Source: an uncultured Muribaculaceae bacterium
GTDB lineage: Bacteria > Bacillota_I > Bacilli_A > RF39 > UBA660
Reading direction: 5' to 3'
Assembly (NCBI GenBank): GCA_964630365.1
Contig: CAZVUP010000001.1
Coordinates: forward strand, 3,816 to 67,815
DNA: 64,000 nt
A model generated the notes under the pieces. That model was not told the DNA's origin and did not search any database. It saw only the letters and a program-made list of their open reading frames with translations. Each line of letters starts with the position of its first letter. The stretch's first letter is position 1. This document shows, piece after piece, positions 1 to 9,933 of the stretch. The translations under genes and the position numbers were made by a program.

Positions 1-439
1 CTCCACCTCCAATAATAAAACGTATAAGTCCAAAAAACCAAGCTGAAACAACTCCATATAGTATTACTGAACCAGAAAGTTTAAAAATATTCGAACCAAT
101 TCCATAAATCAAACCTTCATTTTTAGAATCCATACAACTACTAGTCATAGAATGAGCAAATCCTGTAATTGGTATTAATAAACCACATTTAAACTTTTGC
201 ACTAATTTATCAAATAACCCCAATGCTGTTAAGAATGTCGCTAAAAAAATAAAAACAACTATCATTAAAGTCGCTGAATCAACCCGCGACATGTGTAAAT
301 ATTTACAAAACAATTCAATCATAAATTCTGCTAAAAAGCCCAATATCCCACCAGAAAAAAATGCAACAATAGCATTTTTTATTCTATTTTCTGGCACTTT
401 ATGTAAATCAGCTATTTTATTATACCTTGTACTCCGCAT
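1..439 (-). CDS. spoVAC: Stage V sporulation protein AC (SpoVAC/SpoVAEB family), 3' end cut by window edge
   Basis: Not in the ORF track because it runs off the edge. Hand translation from the ATG at 439 gives MRSTRYNKIADLHKVPENRIKNAIVAFFSGGILGFLAEF...LIPITGFAHSM...GSNIFKLSG. This is the multi-TM SpoVAC pattern. It lies directly downstream of a SigF/G-type sigma gene, as spoVA does in Bacillus. Confidence 0.7.
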   Translation of the reverse strand, partial: MRSTRYNKIADLHKVPENRIKNAIVAFFSGGILGFLAEFMIELFCKYLHMSRVDSATLMIVVFIFLATFLTALGLFDKLVQKFKCGLLIPITGFAHSMTSSCMDSKNEGLIYGIGSNIFKLSGSVILYGVVSAWFFGLIRFIIGGG

Positions 440-492
440 CTCTATCACCTAAAAATAGCTTAACCAAAAATAAAAATAGTATACAAAAAAAC

Positions 493-1113
493 TTAAGCAA
501 TCAAACGATCCTTAAGTTTTTTTAATACCTTAGCTTCACTTCTTGAAACTTGAACTTGACTAATTCCTAAAATATTAGATGTTTCACTTTGCGTTAACTC
601 ATCAAAATATCTCGCAATAATTAATCTTCTTTCCTCAACTGGAAGCTTCATAATTTCATTTTTCAAATCTAAAACTTCAGCACTAGTATTATCATAAGTT
701 TTACCTACATCATATAAGCTATTCTCCAGAGAATCAACTTCATCTGTCGCAAGAATTGCCATATCAACCATATCTTCCTCTACTTCCAAATATAAAGATA
801 TTTCTAAATTAGTAGGCTCTCTTCCTAATTTTTGTGCCATCATCTCCTTAGCTGAAATTATTTTTTTCTTTAATTCAATTAAACTTTTACTTACTTTTAA
901 ACTACTACTTTCTCGTATATACTTGTTGACCTCACCTACTATATAGTAATAAGCAAATGTTGAAAATTTAGTTTCATAACTATTATCAAAATGCTTATAA
1001 GCATCAATTAAACCAAGCATTCCAACTTGATATAAATCATCTCTATCAAATCTTTTTGGATATTTACTTATAATACTATATATTAACCCTTCATAGTCTA
1101 AAACTTCTTCCAT
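493..1113 (-). CDS. Sigma-70 family sporulation-type sigma factor (SigF/SigG/SigB group)
   Basis: Region 2-4 motifs: FSTFAYYYIVGEVNKYIR, LKVSKSL, LGREPT, LGISQVQVSRSEAKVLKKL (compare B. subtilis SigF LGISQVQVSRLEKKILK). Start moved to MEEVLDY (ATG 1113, GGAGG upstream) because the hairpin at 1142-1169 overlaps the longer ORF. Confidence 0.8.
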   Translation of the reverse strand: MEEVLDYEGLIYSIISKYPKRFDRDDLYQVGMLGLIDAYKHFDNSYETKFSTFAYYYIVGEVNKYIRESSSLKVSKSLIELKKKIISAKEMMAQKLGREPTNLEISLYLEVEEDMVDMAILATDEVDSLENSLYDVGKTYDNTSAEVLDLKNEIMKLPVEERRLIIARYFDELTQSETSNILGISQVQVSRSEAKVLKKLKDRLIA

Positions 1114-1141
1114 TATCCTCCTTTCAAAAAAAGAATAAAAC

Positions 1142-1169
1142 AAAAAATCGAATGAGTCTACTCATTCGA
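1142..1169 (-). terminator. Rho-independent terminator after the L,D-transpeptidase gene
   Basis: 9-bp stem TCGAATGAG/CTCATTCGA with a 4-nt loop, followed by a T-run on the minus strand. Confidence 0.6.
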
Positions 1170-1190
1170 CAAAAGCTTTCATATTTAGAA

Positions 1191-2210
1191 TTATCTTTTT
1201 ACTAAAACTAAACTACCAACATAAAGATCATTATAAGCTTCTTGAACTTTATCAAGCGGCATATTTATACAACCATGACTACCATTTTTTATATAAATAT
1301 CTCCACCAAAGTACTCTCTCCACACTGCATCATGCAATCCTTCACCGCCGTTATAAGGCATCCAATAATTAACGTGTGTTTCATAGTCTGCCCCTTTTAA
1401 TATAACATCTCTGCCCTTTGAATCAATATCAAATAGGCCCAAATCAGAAGGAGTAGAATCTTTACCAGTAACTACAGGTGTAGTTAATATTATATTAGTA
1501 TTGTTATATAAATCAAGTCTTTGATCACTAATATCAACAACAGCATAAGTACCTGTTAAAATAGTAACATCATCTTTAGACAAATAACCAATAATATCTT
1601 CAAATTGGACAAAGTATCTGCTATTATCTTCATCATATATTTTTACTAATTCCAACCAAGGCACATTTGCAATAACATTTCCAACTTCATCATAAATATA
1701 TGTATCTTTGTTAAGACAACCATTATATAAAACTTCCTTATTAATGATATAAGTCTCTTTAACATAGTCACCACAAACATAACCAGTTTGACCATTATAG
1801 TTAACAGCATACCAACCATTATCAAGTTTAGAATAAACTGGTAAAACCTCTCCTACATTTAAAACACCATACACTTCTGAATCTGTATTACTATCACTAC
1901 GTACATTTACAGAAGCTATAGTTCTAACTGCGGGAATTAAATAATTATCTTTTATTTCAAATGGAGTTTGTATTGGTTCTTCTACTACCGGTTCTTCTAA
2001 TACTGGTTCTTCAGTCTCTTCAATTTCTGGCTCAGGTGTTTCATAAATAATTTCTTCACTAACTTCAGGTAAATCACAAGGTGTTTCTACTGGTGTTGTC
2101 GCTCTTAAATATAAATCTTTAATATATCCTGCTTTACAGCCAGACAAAGTAAAAGTAAGTCCTAAAGTAACTACCCCGGCAACTAATCGAGTATGTAAAT
2201 TTTTAACCAT
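1191..2210 (-). CDS. Lipoprotein L,D-transpeptidase (SH3b + YkuD domains)
   Basis: Lipobox LSGC. SH3b-like ASVNVRSDSN...GWYAVNYNGQTGYV. YkuD catalytic motif SHGCINMP near the C-terminus. Confidence 0.8.
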   Translation of the reverse strand: MVKNLHTRLVAGVVTLGLTFTLSGCKAGYIKDLYLRATTPVETPCDLPEVSEEIIYETPEPEIEETEEPVLEEPVVEEPIQTPFEIKDNYLIPAVRTIASVNVRSDSNTDSEVYGVLNVGEVLPVYSKLDNGWYAVNYNGQTGYVCGDYVKETYIINKEVLYNGCLNKDTYIYDEVGNVIANVPWLELVKIYDEDNSRYFVQFEDIIGYLSKDDVTILTGTYAVVDISDQRLDLYNNTNIILTTPVVTGKDSTPSDLGLFDIDSKGRDVILKGADYETHVNYWMPYNGGEGLHDAVWREYFGGDIYIKNGSHGCINMPLDKVQEAYNDLYVGSLVLVKR

Positions 2211-2266
2211 ATTATCACCCTCAGTGAAGCATATTATATCATATTTTCAAATAAAAAGCAATAAAT

Positions 2267-2722
2267 CTACTTATCAGTAGATCCAAAGCCTCCTTTTCTT
2301 TTTCCTTCAGCTCTATCCCCATCACATATCAAATATTTAGTAAACATAACTTGAGCAACAGCATCACCTTTTTTAATATGTATTTCATGATCAGAACAAT
2401 TAAAAACTTGAACCATAAAATGACCATCATTATCAGGATTCTCATAATAATCAGAATCTATTAATCCAAATCCATGTGGTGTTAATAGCCCTTTTTTCGG
2501 TCCACCAGATCTACTTAATAGAAAATAACATTCATCATCCTGACAATATGCCTTTAAACCAGTTGGAATTAAAGTTGGTTTAATACCAGGCTTATAAACA
2601 GGAACTATAACATCTTCAGCTGCTTCAATATCATATCCAGCAGCGTGAGCTGTCTTTCTAACCGGAATATGAATATCTTTATCTTCCCATCCTTTTGCAA
2701 TCTCAAATCCTCTAACTTTCAT
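2267..2722 (-). CDS. dut: dUTP diphosphatase
   Basis: Motifs AAGYDI, SRSG, GLIDSDYY, GGFGSTD. Start set at MKVRGFE (ATG 2722, GGAGGT 6 nt upstream). Confidence 0.85.
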   Translation of the reverse strand: MKVRGFEIAKGWEDKDIHIPVRKTAHAAGYDIEAAEDVIVPVYKPGIKPTLIPTGLKAYCQDDECYFLLSRSGGPKKGLLTPHGFGLIDSDYYENPDNDGHFMVQVFNCSDHEIHIKKGDAVAQVMFTKYLICDGDRAEGKRKGGFGSTDK

Positions 2723-2773
2723 AAATAACCTCCACAATAATATCATACCATATTCATTGTAATATAGATTATA

Positions 2774-4672
2774 TCAAAAAGTCTCCATCAGCTTTCGAAT
2801 TTTTTCTTGAAAATATTCAACAGCCTTATTCTCCCCCTCATCCATTCCATAAATCTTTGAAACAAAATACTCAAAAATCTCATGATGTAATTCGCTACAG
2901 TTATCATCACATTTTATACTTTTTCCCTTGAAGTATATATATTCATCTAACTTTTCTGACATATATGCAAGATTTCCTACAAAGTACTTTTGATCTGTGT
3001 CATAACCATCATAATCAACATACACAGATACTGCAGGTGGATACCTGCCATCAGCTTTACTAACATAATCAATAACAAAACTGTGATCCGAAGTGAGTTC
3101 ATAACGAATCTCAAAATAATTACCAACATCTTGAGAGAAACTGCCTTGATCTTCAACTGGATTATACTCCTCAGGTGAAGAAGTTAAAAATTTTGGAAGT
3201 GGAAGGTCCTCAATATTAACTATCTCAGCCCTATAATAATCGCCATAACTATCCCAATAACCCTCTTCGTTTCTAAAAGGTTTACTGTAACCTTGAGTTA
3301 TAAATTTTGTCTCCGCCATCATGCCATAAAAACTTTCAACATTACTTACATCCCAATTTAAAATTGTATCAATATTTTCTAATTGATCACATCCATAAAA
3401 CATACTATACATATAAATAACACTTAATACATCCCAATTAGCCAAACCATCTACATCTGTTAAACTGCTACACTGCGAAAACATACTACCCATATGAATA
3501 ACATTTGATACATCCCAATTAGCTAATCCATCTACATTAGTTAAACTACTACAACCATAGAACATATAAGACATATTCCTAACATTTGATACATTCCAAT
3601 TTATTAAACCATCTACATTTGTTAAGCTACTACAATCATAGAACAAATCACTCATATTAGTGATATTTGTCACGTTCCAATTTACTAAACCATCTACATT
3701 TGTTAAGTTACTACATGTATCAAACATTTCATCCATAGTAATTACTTTTGATGTATCCCAATTCATTAAACTGTCAACATCTGTTATTCCAGAAACCGCA
3801 AACATCACTGACATATCAGTAGTTTTAGAACTATCAAAATAACTAAAATCAGCTATATCATTTAATGAATGTAAATATGGAAACATAGCAGCTGCATCCT
3901 CATTTAAGTATATTCTATTAGCTTCTGTATAGTAATAAATTATTCCTTGATCAAACCACATATAGATTGGATATTCTGAACTACTTAATGACACAATATT
4001 ATCTGCAGTTAATCTTGATTTCATAGTATTACTTCTTTTAATAGCTGTAATTGTAGTATCTAATCCAAGAGACTCAATTTTATTTCCATAACAGTTTGCT
4101 CTTTCGTCACCAGTCATTCCTACGCAAAGATTTACATCTTGAACATCTGCTCCCGCAAGTTTTCTCATTTGGAGATTGACAATTCCTCCCTGTTTAAAAT
4201 CAGCTTCCCTTATTTCTACTTTAATGTATCCTACATACTTATATCCTGCTATTTTAGGAGGTTTATAACTAAATTTATTATTTACTGACTTACTTACTTC
4301 ACTTTCGCCAATCTTATTTATAGCAAACACTGCAGTAGGAACTAAAGATAACATTATAATCAATAAAAATAACTTTAGTTTTTTTTGTCGTAGTACAAAT
4401 AATTCTACTAAAAAAACAGATAAAGCAATAACTAGCATCGCAATTGGACTTCTAGTAATTGGATTATCAATAATAGTATTATTCTTTTGATAAACCAATT
4501 TATATTCCACTTTATTATTTATTACGTCATCATTAATAACTTCTTTATTAATACTACTTTGTTCTTCATTACTTAAACTGTCATAATCTACTGATAATAT
4601 TTTCACATCATAGTCTTTTGCAAATACTATCGTTGGCATTAATAATAATATTAGTATTATTATTTTTTTCAT
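2774..4672 (-). CDS. BspA-type leucine-rich-repeat (DUF285-like) surface protein
   Basis: Signal peptide MKKIIILILLLMPTIVFA. About 7 tandem 25-aa units with consensus NWDVSNV.nMs.MF.gCSSLTNVDGL. Start at ATG 4672 with AGGTGA upstream. Confidence 0.75.
   Translation of the reverse strand: MKKIIILILLLMPTIVFAKDYDVKILSVDYDSLSNEEQSSINKEVINDDVINNKVEYKLVYQKNNTIIDNPITRSPIAMLVIALSVFLVELFVLRQKKLKLFLLIIMLSLVPTAVFAINKIGESEVSKSVNNKFSYKPPKIAGYKYVGYIKVEIREADFKQGGIVNLQMRKLAGADVQDVNLCVGMTGDERANCYGNKIESLGLDTTITAIKRSNTMKSRLTADNIVSLSSSEYPIYMWFDQGIIYYYTEANRIYLNEDAAAMFPYLHSLNDIADFSYFDSSKTTDMSVMFAVSGITDVDSLMNWDTSKVITMDEMFDTCSNLTNVDGLVNWNVTNITNMSDLFYDCSSLTNVDGLINWNVSNVRNMSYMFYGCSSLTNVDGLANWDVSNVIHMGSMFSQCSSLTDVDGLANWDVLSVIYMYSMFYGCDQLENIDTILNWDVSNVESFYGMMAETKFITQGYSKPFRNEEGYWDSYGDYYRAEIVNIEDLPLPKFLTSSPEEYNPVEDQGSFSQDVGNYFEIRYELTSDHSFVIDYVSKADGRYPPAVSVYVDYDGYDTDQKYFVGNLAYMSEKLDEYIYFKGKSIKCDDNCSELHHEIFEYFVSKIYGMDEGENKAVEYFQEKIRKLMETF
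3308..3910 (-). repeat. Coding tandem repeat (about 75-nt LRR units) inside the BspA-like gene
   Basis: Repeated WN(V/D)(S/T)N(V/I)..M..MF..CS.LT(N/D)VDGL units at ORF residues about 270-470. Confidence 0.7.
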
Positions 4673-4793
4673 ACAATCACCTACCATAATTATAGCAAGA
4701 CACAATTTACTTAACAATTTAAAAGCAATTAATCATTGCCGATTTACAAAAAGACAGCAATACCATATAATAGCAAACAAAAATAACTTTAAT

Positions 4794-4822
4794 ATAAAAA
4801 AAGACTATTGCAGTCTTTTTTT
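4794..4822 (-). terminator. Rho-independent terminator overlapping the stop of the 160-aa gene
   Basis: AAGACT/AGTCTT stem, extendable by flanking A/T, followed by a T-run on the minus strand. Confidence 0.5.
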
Positions 4823-5287
4823 AGGTCTAAGTCTAATACCACCAAAAATCATATCAAATACAATTATTATAGCTAATAAATATACTATATTACGATTAGC
4901 ATTCATAAATCTAACATAATAACCAAGATATGGAACACTTATAGCACCAATTTTAAAAACATTTTCACCATAAGTAATAGTTTTCTTATCTCCAACATCT
5001 ATACTATCATCAACTAAATCTTTAATCTTATAAATAGTATAGTCTGATCCCTTTTTCTCAAGTATATTATCCCCAACACGCAATTCTTCTAAATCTACAT
5101 TTTTATAATATATAAGTGTCCCTGTTTTATAATAATCATTATTAGAACTACTAATATTAGTAGCTTTATATCCCAATAAAAATGGAATAAAAGTAATACC
5201 ATATACAAAAAGTATAATAAAACAAATATCTGAAAATAAACCAATAATACCTTTTATAACTTTCAAAATAAAATTAATAACTTTCAT
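4805..5287 (-). CDS. SipW-like (ER-type S26) signal-peptidase homolog, probably catalytically degenerate
   Basis: N- and C-terminal TM segments. VPYLGYYVRFMN matches the SipW C-terminal LPYAGYMLHF. The SGSMEP box reads SSSNND, and the catalytic His box (THRIV) reads IYKIK. Confidence 0.45.
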   Translation of the reverse strand: MKVINFILKVIKGIIGLFSDICFIILFVYGITFIPFLLGYKATNISSSNNDYYKTGTLIYYKNVDLEELRVGDNILEKKGSDYTIYKIKDLVDDSIDVGDKKTITYGENVFKIGAISVPYLGYYVRFMNANRNIVYLLAIIIVFDMIFGGIRLRPKKRLQ

Positions 5288-5322
5288 AAATACTCTCCTA
5301 TGATATTATTATATACAATCAA

Positions 5323-7479
5323 CTATCTAGGAATCAAGCTTAAACTAACTTTATTTTTTTCTAAAGAAATATCATCTACATAACAATCTACTATATCGCC
5401 AACACTAAATAAATCTGATGGATGTTTTATATATTGATTAGACAATTTTGAAATATGAGCCAATCCATCATCATGTAATCCAATATCAATAAAAAGTCCA
5501 AAATCAACAACATTTCTAACTGTTCCCTGTAGTTTCATTCCTACAGTTAAATCCTTTATATCTAAAATATCACTCTTTAAAATTGGTTGTGGATATTCAT
5601 CACGTGGATCAAGATTAGGTTTTTTAAGTGAAGTAATAACATCTTCAAGTGTATAAATATCAGTACCAAGTTTTTCTTTATAAACATTCAAATCAATCTT
5701 ATCTAAAACATCTATCAATTCCTTTTTACCAATATCATTAATTGTCATGTTTAACTCTTTAAGTAAATTAAGGGCCACTTGATAACTTTCAGGATGAATT
5801 GCTGTTGTATCTAAAATATTATCTCCCTCAGTTATTCTTAAGAAACCAATTGCCTGCTCATAGGCTTTATCTGATAATAATTTCTTTTTTCTTATTTCCT
5901 CTCTTGATAAGATTTTACCAACTTTTTCACGATAATCAATTATTTTTTTAATAGCAGCCTTCGTAACTCCTGATACATATGAAAGAAGTGATGCTGAAGC
6001 AGTATTAATATTAACTCCAACATTGTTTACACATTTTTCAACTACAAAGTCAAGTGAACTAGATAATTTACTAGCACTTACATCATGTTGATAAAGACCA
6101 ACCCCTATTCCTTCAGGTGGTATTTTAACAAGTTCAGCAAGAGGATCTTGTAATCTTCTTCCAATACTTACAGCGCTACGTTTTTCAACTGCTAAATCTG
6201 GAAATTCTTCTATAGCTTGTTTGGAAGCAGAATAAATAGATGCTCCAGCTTCACTAACAATTACATATTTACAATCTAAATTATTTTCTTTTATTAATTC
6301 AGCACATAATTTTTCACTTTCACGAGATGCAGTACCATTACCAATTGCTATTATATCAACATTATATTTTTTTATTAACTTAAGAATTTCTTCTTTTGAA
6401 ATATTAATTCTCTTCTCTTCATCACCCTTTAAGAAAGGTTTAACTACAGTACTATCAAGATACTTACCATTTTTATCAACAACTGCCAATTTACATCCAT
6501 TGACATATCCTGGATCAAATGCCAAAACTATTTTTTCTTTTATTGGTGGAGTAAGTAAAAGAGCTTCTAAATTCTTTCCAAAATTAGTGATTGCTGCTTC
6601 TTCACCTTTTTCAGTAAGTTCACTTCGAACTTCTCTAGTAACAGAAGGAGCTATTAATCTCTTATATGAATCTGCTATAGCTTCTTTAACGTAACTAGTA
6701 ACAAAACTTTTATCATTCTTTATAACTTTCTTTTCTAAATAGGAAAGAATCTCATCTTTATTAACATCTATATTAACAGTTAGTATTTTTTCTTTTTCAC
6801 CACGATTTAAAGCTAAAATACGATGCGGTTTTATATATTTAACAGGTTCATTATAGTCATAATACATCTCATAAATATTAACTTCATCTTTAGCATCTTT
6901 TTTTAATTTAGAATTAATAATCCCATTTTTATAAAAATAACTTCTAATCCATTTACGATAAAATGCATTATCACTTACCCATTCAGCAATAATATAACAA
7001 GCACCTTCTACAGCCTGGTCAACAGACTTAACTTTATCTGTAATAAATTTTTTACTAATTTCTTCAATGCTACCAGTTGTAGGATATGACATCATAATTT
7101 TGGCCAGTCCCTCAAGTCCTAAAGCTATAGCCTCAGTTGCTTTACTCTTCTTTTTCTCTTTATATGGGCGATATATATCTTCAACTTCAACTAGTTTTAC
7201 ACAAGCCATAACGTTATTTCTTATCTCATCTGTTAACATTCCTTTTTCATCAATAAGTCGAATTACATCCTCTTTTCTTTTCAAAAGATTAACTTGATAC
7301 TCATACACCTCATTAATGCTTTTAATAGCTTCTTCTGATAAAGCACCAGTAGCTTCTTTTCTATATCTAGCAATAAATGGTATTGTATTACCTTCACTAA
7401 GTAAATTTAAAACGGCACTAACCTGTTTTATATCTATTTCCAAATTATTTGCTATTTCTTTTATAATCTGTTCATTCAT
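5323..7479 (-). CDS. tex: Tex-like transcription accessory protein (YqgF/HHH/S1 domains)
   Basis: N-terminal IKQVSAVLNLLSEGNTIPFIARYRKEATG. C-terminal S1 domain GTVRNVVDFGLFIDIG. ATG 7479 with GAGGTG 6 nt upstream. Confidence 0.9.
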   Translation of the reverse strand: MNEQIIKEIANNLEIDIKQVSAVLNLLSEGNTIPFIARYRKEATGALSEEAIKSINEVYEYQVNLLKRKEDVIRLIDEKGMLTDEIRNNVMACVKLVEVEDIYRPYKEKKKSKATEAIALGLEGLAKIMMSYPTTGSIEEISKKFITDKVKSVDQAVEGACYIIAEWVSDNAFYRKWIRSYFYKNGIINSKLKKDAKDEVNIYEMYYDYNEPVKYIKPHRILALNRGEKEKILTVNIDVNKDEILSYLEKKVIKNDKSFVTSYVKEAIADSYKRLIAPSVTREVRSELTEKGEEAAITNFGKNLEALLLTPPIKEKIVLAFDPGYVNGCKLAVVDKNGKYLDSTVVKPFLKGDEEKRINISKEEILKLIKKYNVDIIAIGNGTASRESEKLCAELIKENNLDCKYVIVSEAGASIYSASKQAIEEFPDLAVEKRSAVSIGRRLQDPLAELVKIPPEGIGVGLYQHDVSASKLSSSLDFVVEKCVNNVGVNINTASASLLSYVSGVTKAAIKKIIDYREKVGKILSREEIRKKKLLSDKAYEQAIGFLRITEGDNILDTTAIHPESYQVALNLLKELNMTINDIGKKELIDVLDKIDLNVYKEKLGTDIYTLEDVITSLKKPNLDPRDEYPQPILKSDILDIKDLTVGMKLQGTVRNVVDFGLFIDIGLHDDGLAHISKLSNQYIKHPSDLFSVGDIVDCYVDDISLEKNKVSLSLIPR

Positions 7480-7538
7480 TATTAACACCTCATCTTATAT
7501 AATAACAAAAATTATTTTTAAAAAAAAGAAAAGAAGCA

Positions 7539-8429
7539 CTAACTTGCCTCTTTTTTACAACTATATCCACTTGCATTCATCTCTTTTTCAACATTACTAA
7601 TATCATCATCATTTCTATATTTAGGATATTGTCCACCAGCTTCTGTAAACGCTGCAGTAATATCATCTAAATTAATTGCTGCCAGATCAAATATCTGAGT
7701 TTCAGTCAATTTACCTTCAACATAACTACAATTTATAGTAGCACCTGCAATAGATTTAGCACTATCCTTAATTAAATTACATCTAGCAGCCAACTCATCA
7801 AGCTTATCCTCATCCAAAGTAATATCCCCACGTGTTTCTAATACTAATTTCATCTTTTTTAATTTATTATCAGTAAAAGAAAATTCCGCATTATGCTTAT
7901 AATTCAAACTAGCATCAGCATCATCTAAAGAGCAAATAAGTCGACCTGTAGTTATCTCTGGAGTATTCTCCTCAGCACTAGCAGCTTTCTTTTTAAGAAC
8001 CATCTCATTAATTTCTGGCAAATATAAAACAAAAGCTATTAAAGCACCAAAAAATACAAATAATAAAAATAATTTAAATGCACTTGGTGGTTTATAATTC
8101 AACTCAGCTTGCCTCATTTTTTCCTTATAACTATTAGCAATTTTTTGCTCTTTTTCTAAATCTGGACCTAAATTGGCACTAACAACTTGTTGTGTTGCAG
8201 CAACATCTATTTTAGCCATATCTTCCCTAGTAACAACTTCACTCTCAGCTGGTAGTTCACCCAAAAGACTTTCTGGATTAAAAACATTTACATCAGTATT
8301 AGGATTAGCTTCTGGTTTTGAATCAGTACTAACCGAAGAAGTATTTACTTCAGTTTTAACATTAGTATTATCTGTAACAGAAGGATTAACTTCTGGTGTA
8401 GTATTCGTGTCCTTTACATTATTATCCAC
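7539..8429 (-). CDS. Hypothetical bitopic membrane protein with a low-complexity N-terminus
   Basis: Thr/Asn/Val-rich N-terminus, one TM (FKLFLLFVFFGALIAFVLYL), C-terminal globular part. GTG start with GGAGTGG upstream. Confidence 0.45.
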   Translation of the reverse strand: MDNNVKDTNTTPEVNPSVTDNTNVKTEVNTSSVSTDSKPEANPNTDVNVFNPESLLGELPAESEVVTREDMAKIDVAATQQVVSANLGPDLEKEQKIANSYKEKMRQAELNYKPPSAFKLFLLFVFFGALIAFVLYLPEINEMVLKKKAASAEENTPEITTGRLICSLDDADASLNYKHNAEFSFTDNKLKKMKLVLETRGDITLDEDKLDELAARCNLIKDSAKSIAGATINCSYVEGKLTETQIFDLAAINLDDITAAFTEAGGQYPKYRNDDDISNVEKEMNASGYSCKKEAS

Positions 8430-8468
8430 ACTACCACTCCTATTCTAAAAAAATTATATCATACTATT

Positions 8469-9098
8469 TTATCTTAAACTAGTAATTTTTTCTTGAAAAT
8501 TATCACTTAAAACAATATAACTACCAGATGTCATAATATCAGCATCCGAAAGTAGATTTCTACTCTTATCATTAACTCCACCATCAACACTAATTAAAGC
8601 CTTACTATTGTATGATTCTATTAATCCTCTTATCTCTTTTACTTTATCAACAGTCTCTGGTATAAAAGATTGACCACCTTCACCAGGATGAACTCCCATA
8701 ACTAAAATTAAATCTAAATAAGGTAAATATGGAACTAGTTCACTTACTTTTGTTTCCGGATTAATTGCTAACCCACATTTTATAGAATAGCTTTTGATAA
8801 GTTCTAAATCTTTAACAATATCTTCCAACACTTCAACATGAAAAGTTATATATTCTGTATTTAACTCTGCATATAAAGGAATATACTTTGAAGGATTTTC
8901 AACCATTAAATGAACATCTAATCTTTTAGAAGTATATTTATAAATATATTTCAACTCATTAAATTGCATAGTTTTATTCTTAACAAATTTACCATCCATT
9001 ACATCAACATGAATATAATCAACATCCGTTTCATTTAGCTTCATTAAATCTTTAGGAACATTCTTACTACTCAAAAAAGTTGCACTAATTTTTTTCAT
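8469..9098 (-). CDS. rpe: Ribulose-phosphate 3-epimerase
   Basis: HVDVMDGKFV, DVHLMV, MGVHPGEGGQSF, SVDGGVN. Conserved position after rsgA. Confidence 0.9.
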   Translation of the reverse strand: MKKISATFLSSKNVPKDLMKLNETDVDYIHVDVMDGKFVKNKTMQFNELKYIYKYTSKRLDVHLMVENPSKYIPLYAELNTEYITFHVEVLEDIVKDLELIKSYSIKCGLAINPETKVSELVPYLPYLDLILVMGVHPGEGGQSFIPETVDKVKEIRGLIESYNSKALISVDGGVNDKSRNLLSDADIMTSGSYIVLSDNFQEKITSLR

Positions 9099-9924
9099 TT
9101 TTACCTCCTATAAAACTCAAATAATTCAAATATCTACTCTCTAGTATATTATTCTCTAAAACTTCTCGTTTTACTGAACATTCTGCTTCTTTTGTATGAC
9201 TACAGTCTTTAAATGGGCAAGGATACAAAGAAAACTCAATAAAAGATCTTCTTATTTGCTCTTCTGAATAATTATTTAAATCTAATGCTGAAAATCCAGG
9301 AGTATCTAAAACTTTACCATTCATAAATTCAAATAATTCTACTACTCTAGTCGTATGTTTACCTCTTCCAAGTGCCACTGACACATCTCCAGTTTCTAAA
9401 TTCCAAGAAGGATTTAATCTATTAAGCAAAGTACTCTTACCCGCACCAGTTTGCCCTGTAAAAACACTTGTTTTATTAGCTAACAATTTCTTAATAGTAT
9501 CAATATCAGTATTATAAATAACTTTATAGCCAATTTTTTTATAGTATTTTAAACATTTTTCAATATCGGTAAATTCCTTATCTTCAATCAAATCCCTTTT
9601 AGTTATGCAAATAATTGGTTCAACATTATTAATTTCCATTAAACTTATGAACTTATCTAACAAGTTAAGTGAAAAATCAGGTAATTTTAAACTAGTAACT
9701 AAAATAGCTTGATCTATATTACTAACTTTTGGTCTTTGAAATATATTTTTTCGCTCTAAAATACTCTCTATTAATTTTTTTTCTTTACTGAAAAGAACAT
9801 AATCCCCCACTACCGGAGTAATATGTTCTTTTCTAAATATACCACGACATTTACAAGGATAGATATTATTTTCAGCGCTAACAAAATATAAATCACTACT
9901 AATTTTAATAATTTGTCCTCTCAT
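9085..9924 (-). CDS. rsgA: Ribosome small-subunit-dependent GTPase A
   Basis: GQTGAGKSTLLN P-loop. C-terminal Zn knuckle CPFKDCSHTKEAECSV. Synteny after prkC. Confidence 0.9.
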   Translation of the reverse strand: MRGQIIKISSDLYFVSAENNIYPCKCRGIFRKEHITPVVGDYVLFSKEKKLIESILERKNIFQRPKVSNIDQAILVTSLKLPDFSLNLLDKFISLMEINNVEPIICITKRDLIEDKEFTDIEKCLKYYKKIGYKVIYNTDIDTIKKLLANKTSVFTGQTGAGKSTLLNRLNPSWNLETGDVSVALGRGKHTTRVVELFEFMNGKVLDTPGFSALDLNNYSEEQIRRSFIEFSLYPCPFKDCSHTKEAECSVKREVLENNILESRYLNYLSFIGGKNEKN

Positions 9925-9933
9925 AAATCTCCC

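Noticed and set aside
1142-1190. A GAAT-containing element upstream of the sigma gene as a sigma-H promoter
   Set aside because: The -35-like part (GAAAGCTTT) fits the remembered RNAGGAWWW consensus poorly, and the GAAT lies inside the terminator stem. The evidence is insufficient.
2990-3842. Plus-strand ORFs 2990-3178 and 3660-3842 (and similar ones at 6500-6694, 7067-7600, 8173-8448, 14575-14823, 17840-18040, 26433-26693, 38039-38275, 39295-39513, 40018-40215, 42877-43083, 44802-45023, 46966-47169, 49108-49296, 52052-52261, 56810-57004, 59363-59641, 61279-61461)
   Set aside because: All lie antisense inside minus-strand genes that have strong homology or motif support. They have low-complexity Ile/Phe/Ser-rich products and no RBS. 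Such ORFs are expected by chance in AT-rich DNA.
3308-3910. Regular 75-nt periodic repeats as a possible CRISPR or satellite array
   Set aside because: The repeats are in frame within a long ORF and encode LRR units. There are no unique spacers and no cas genes.
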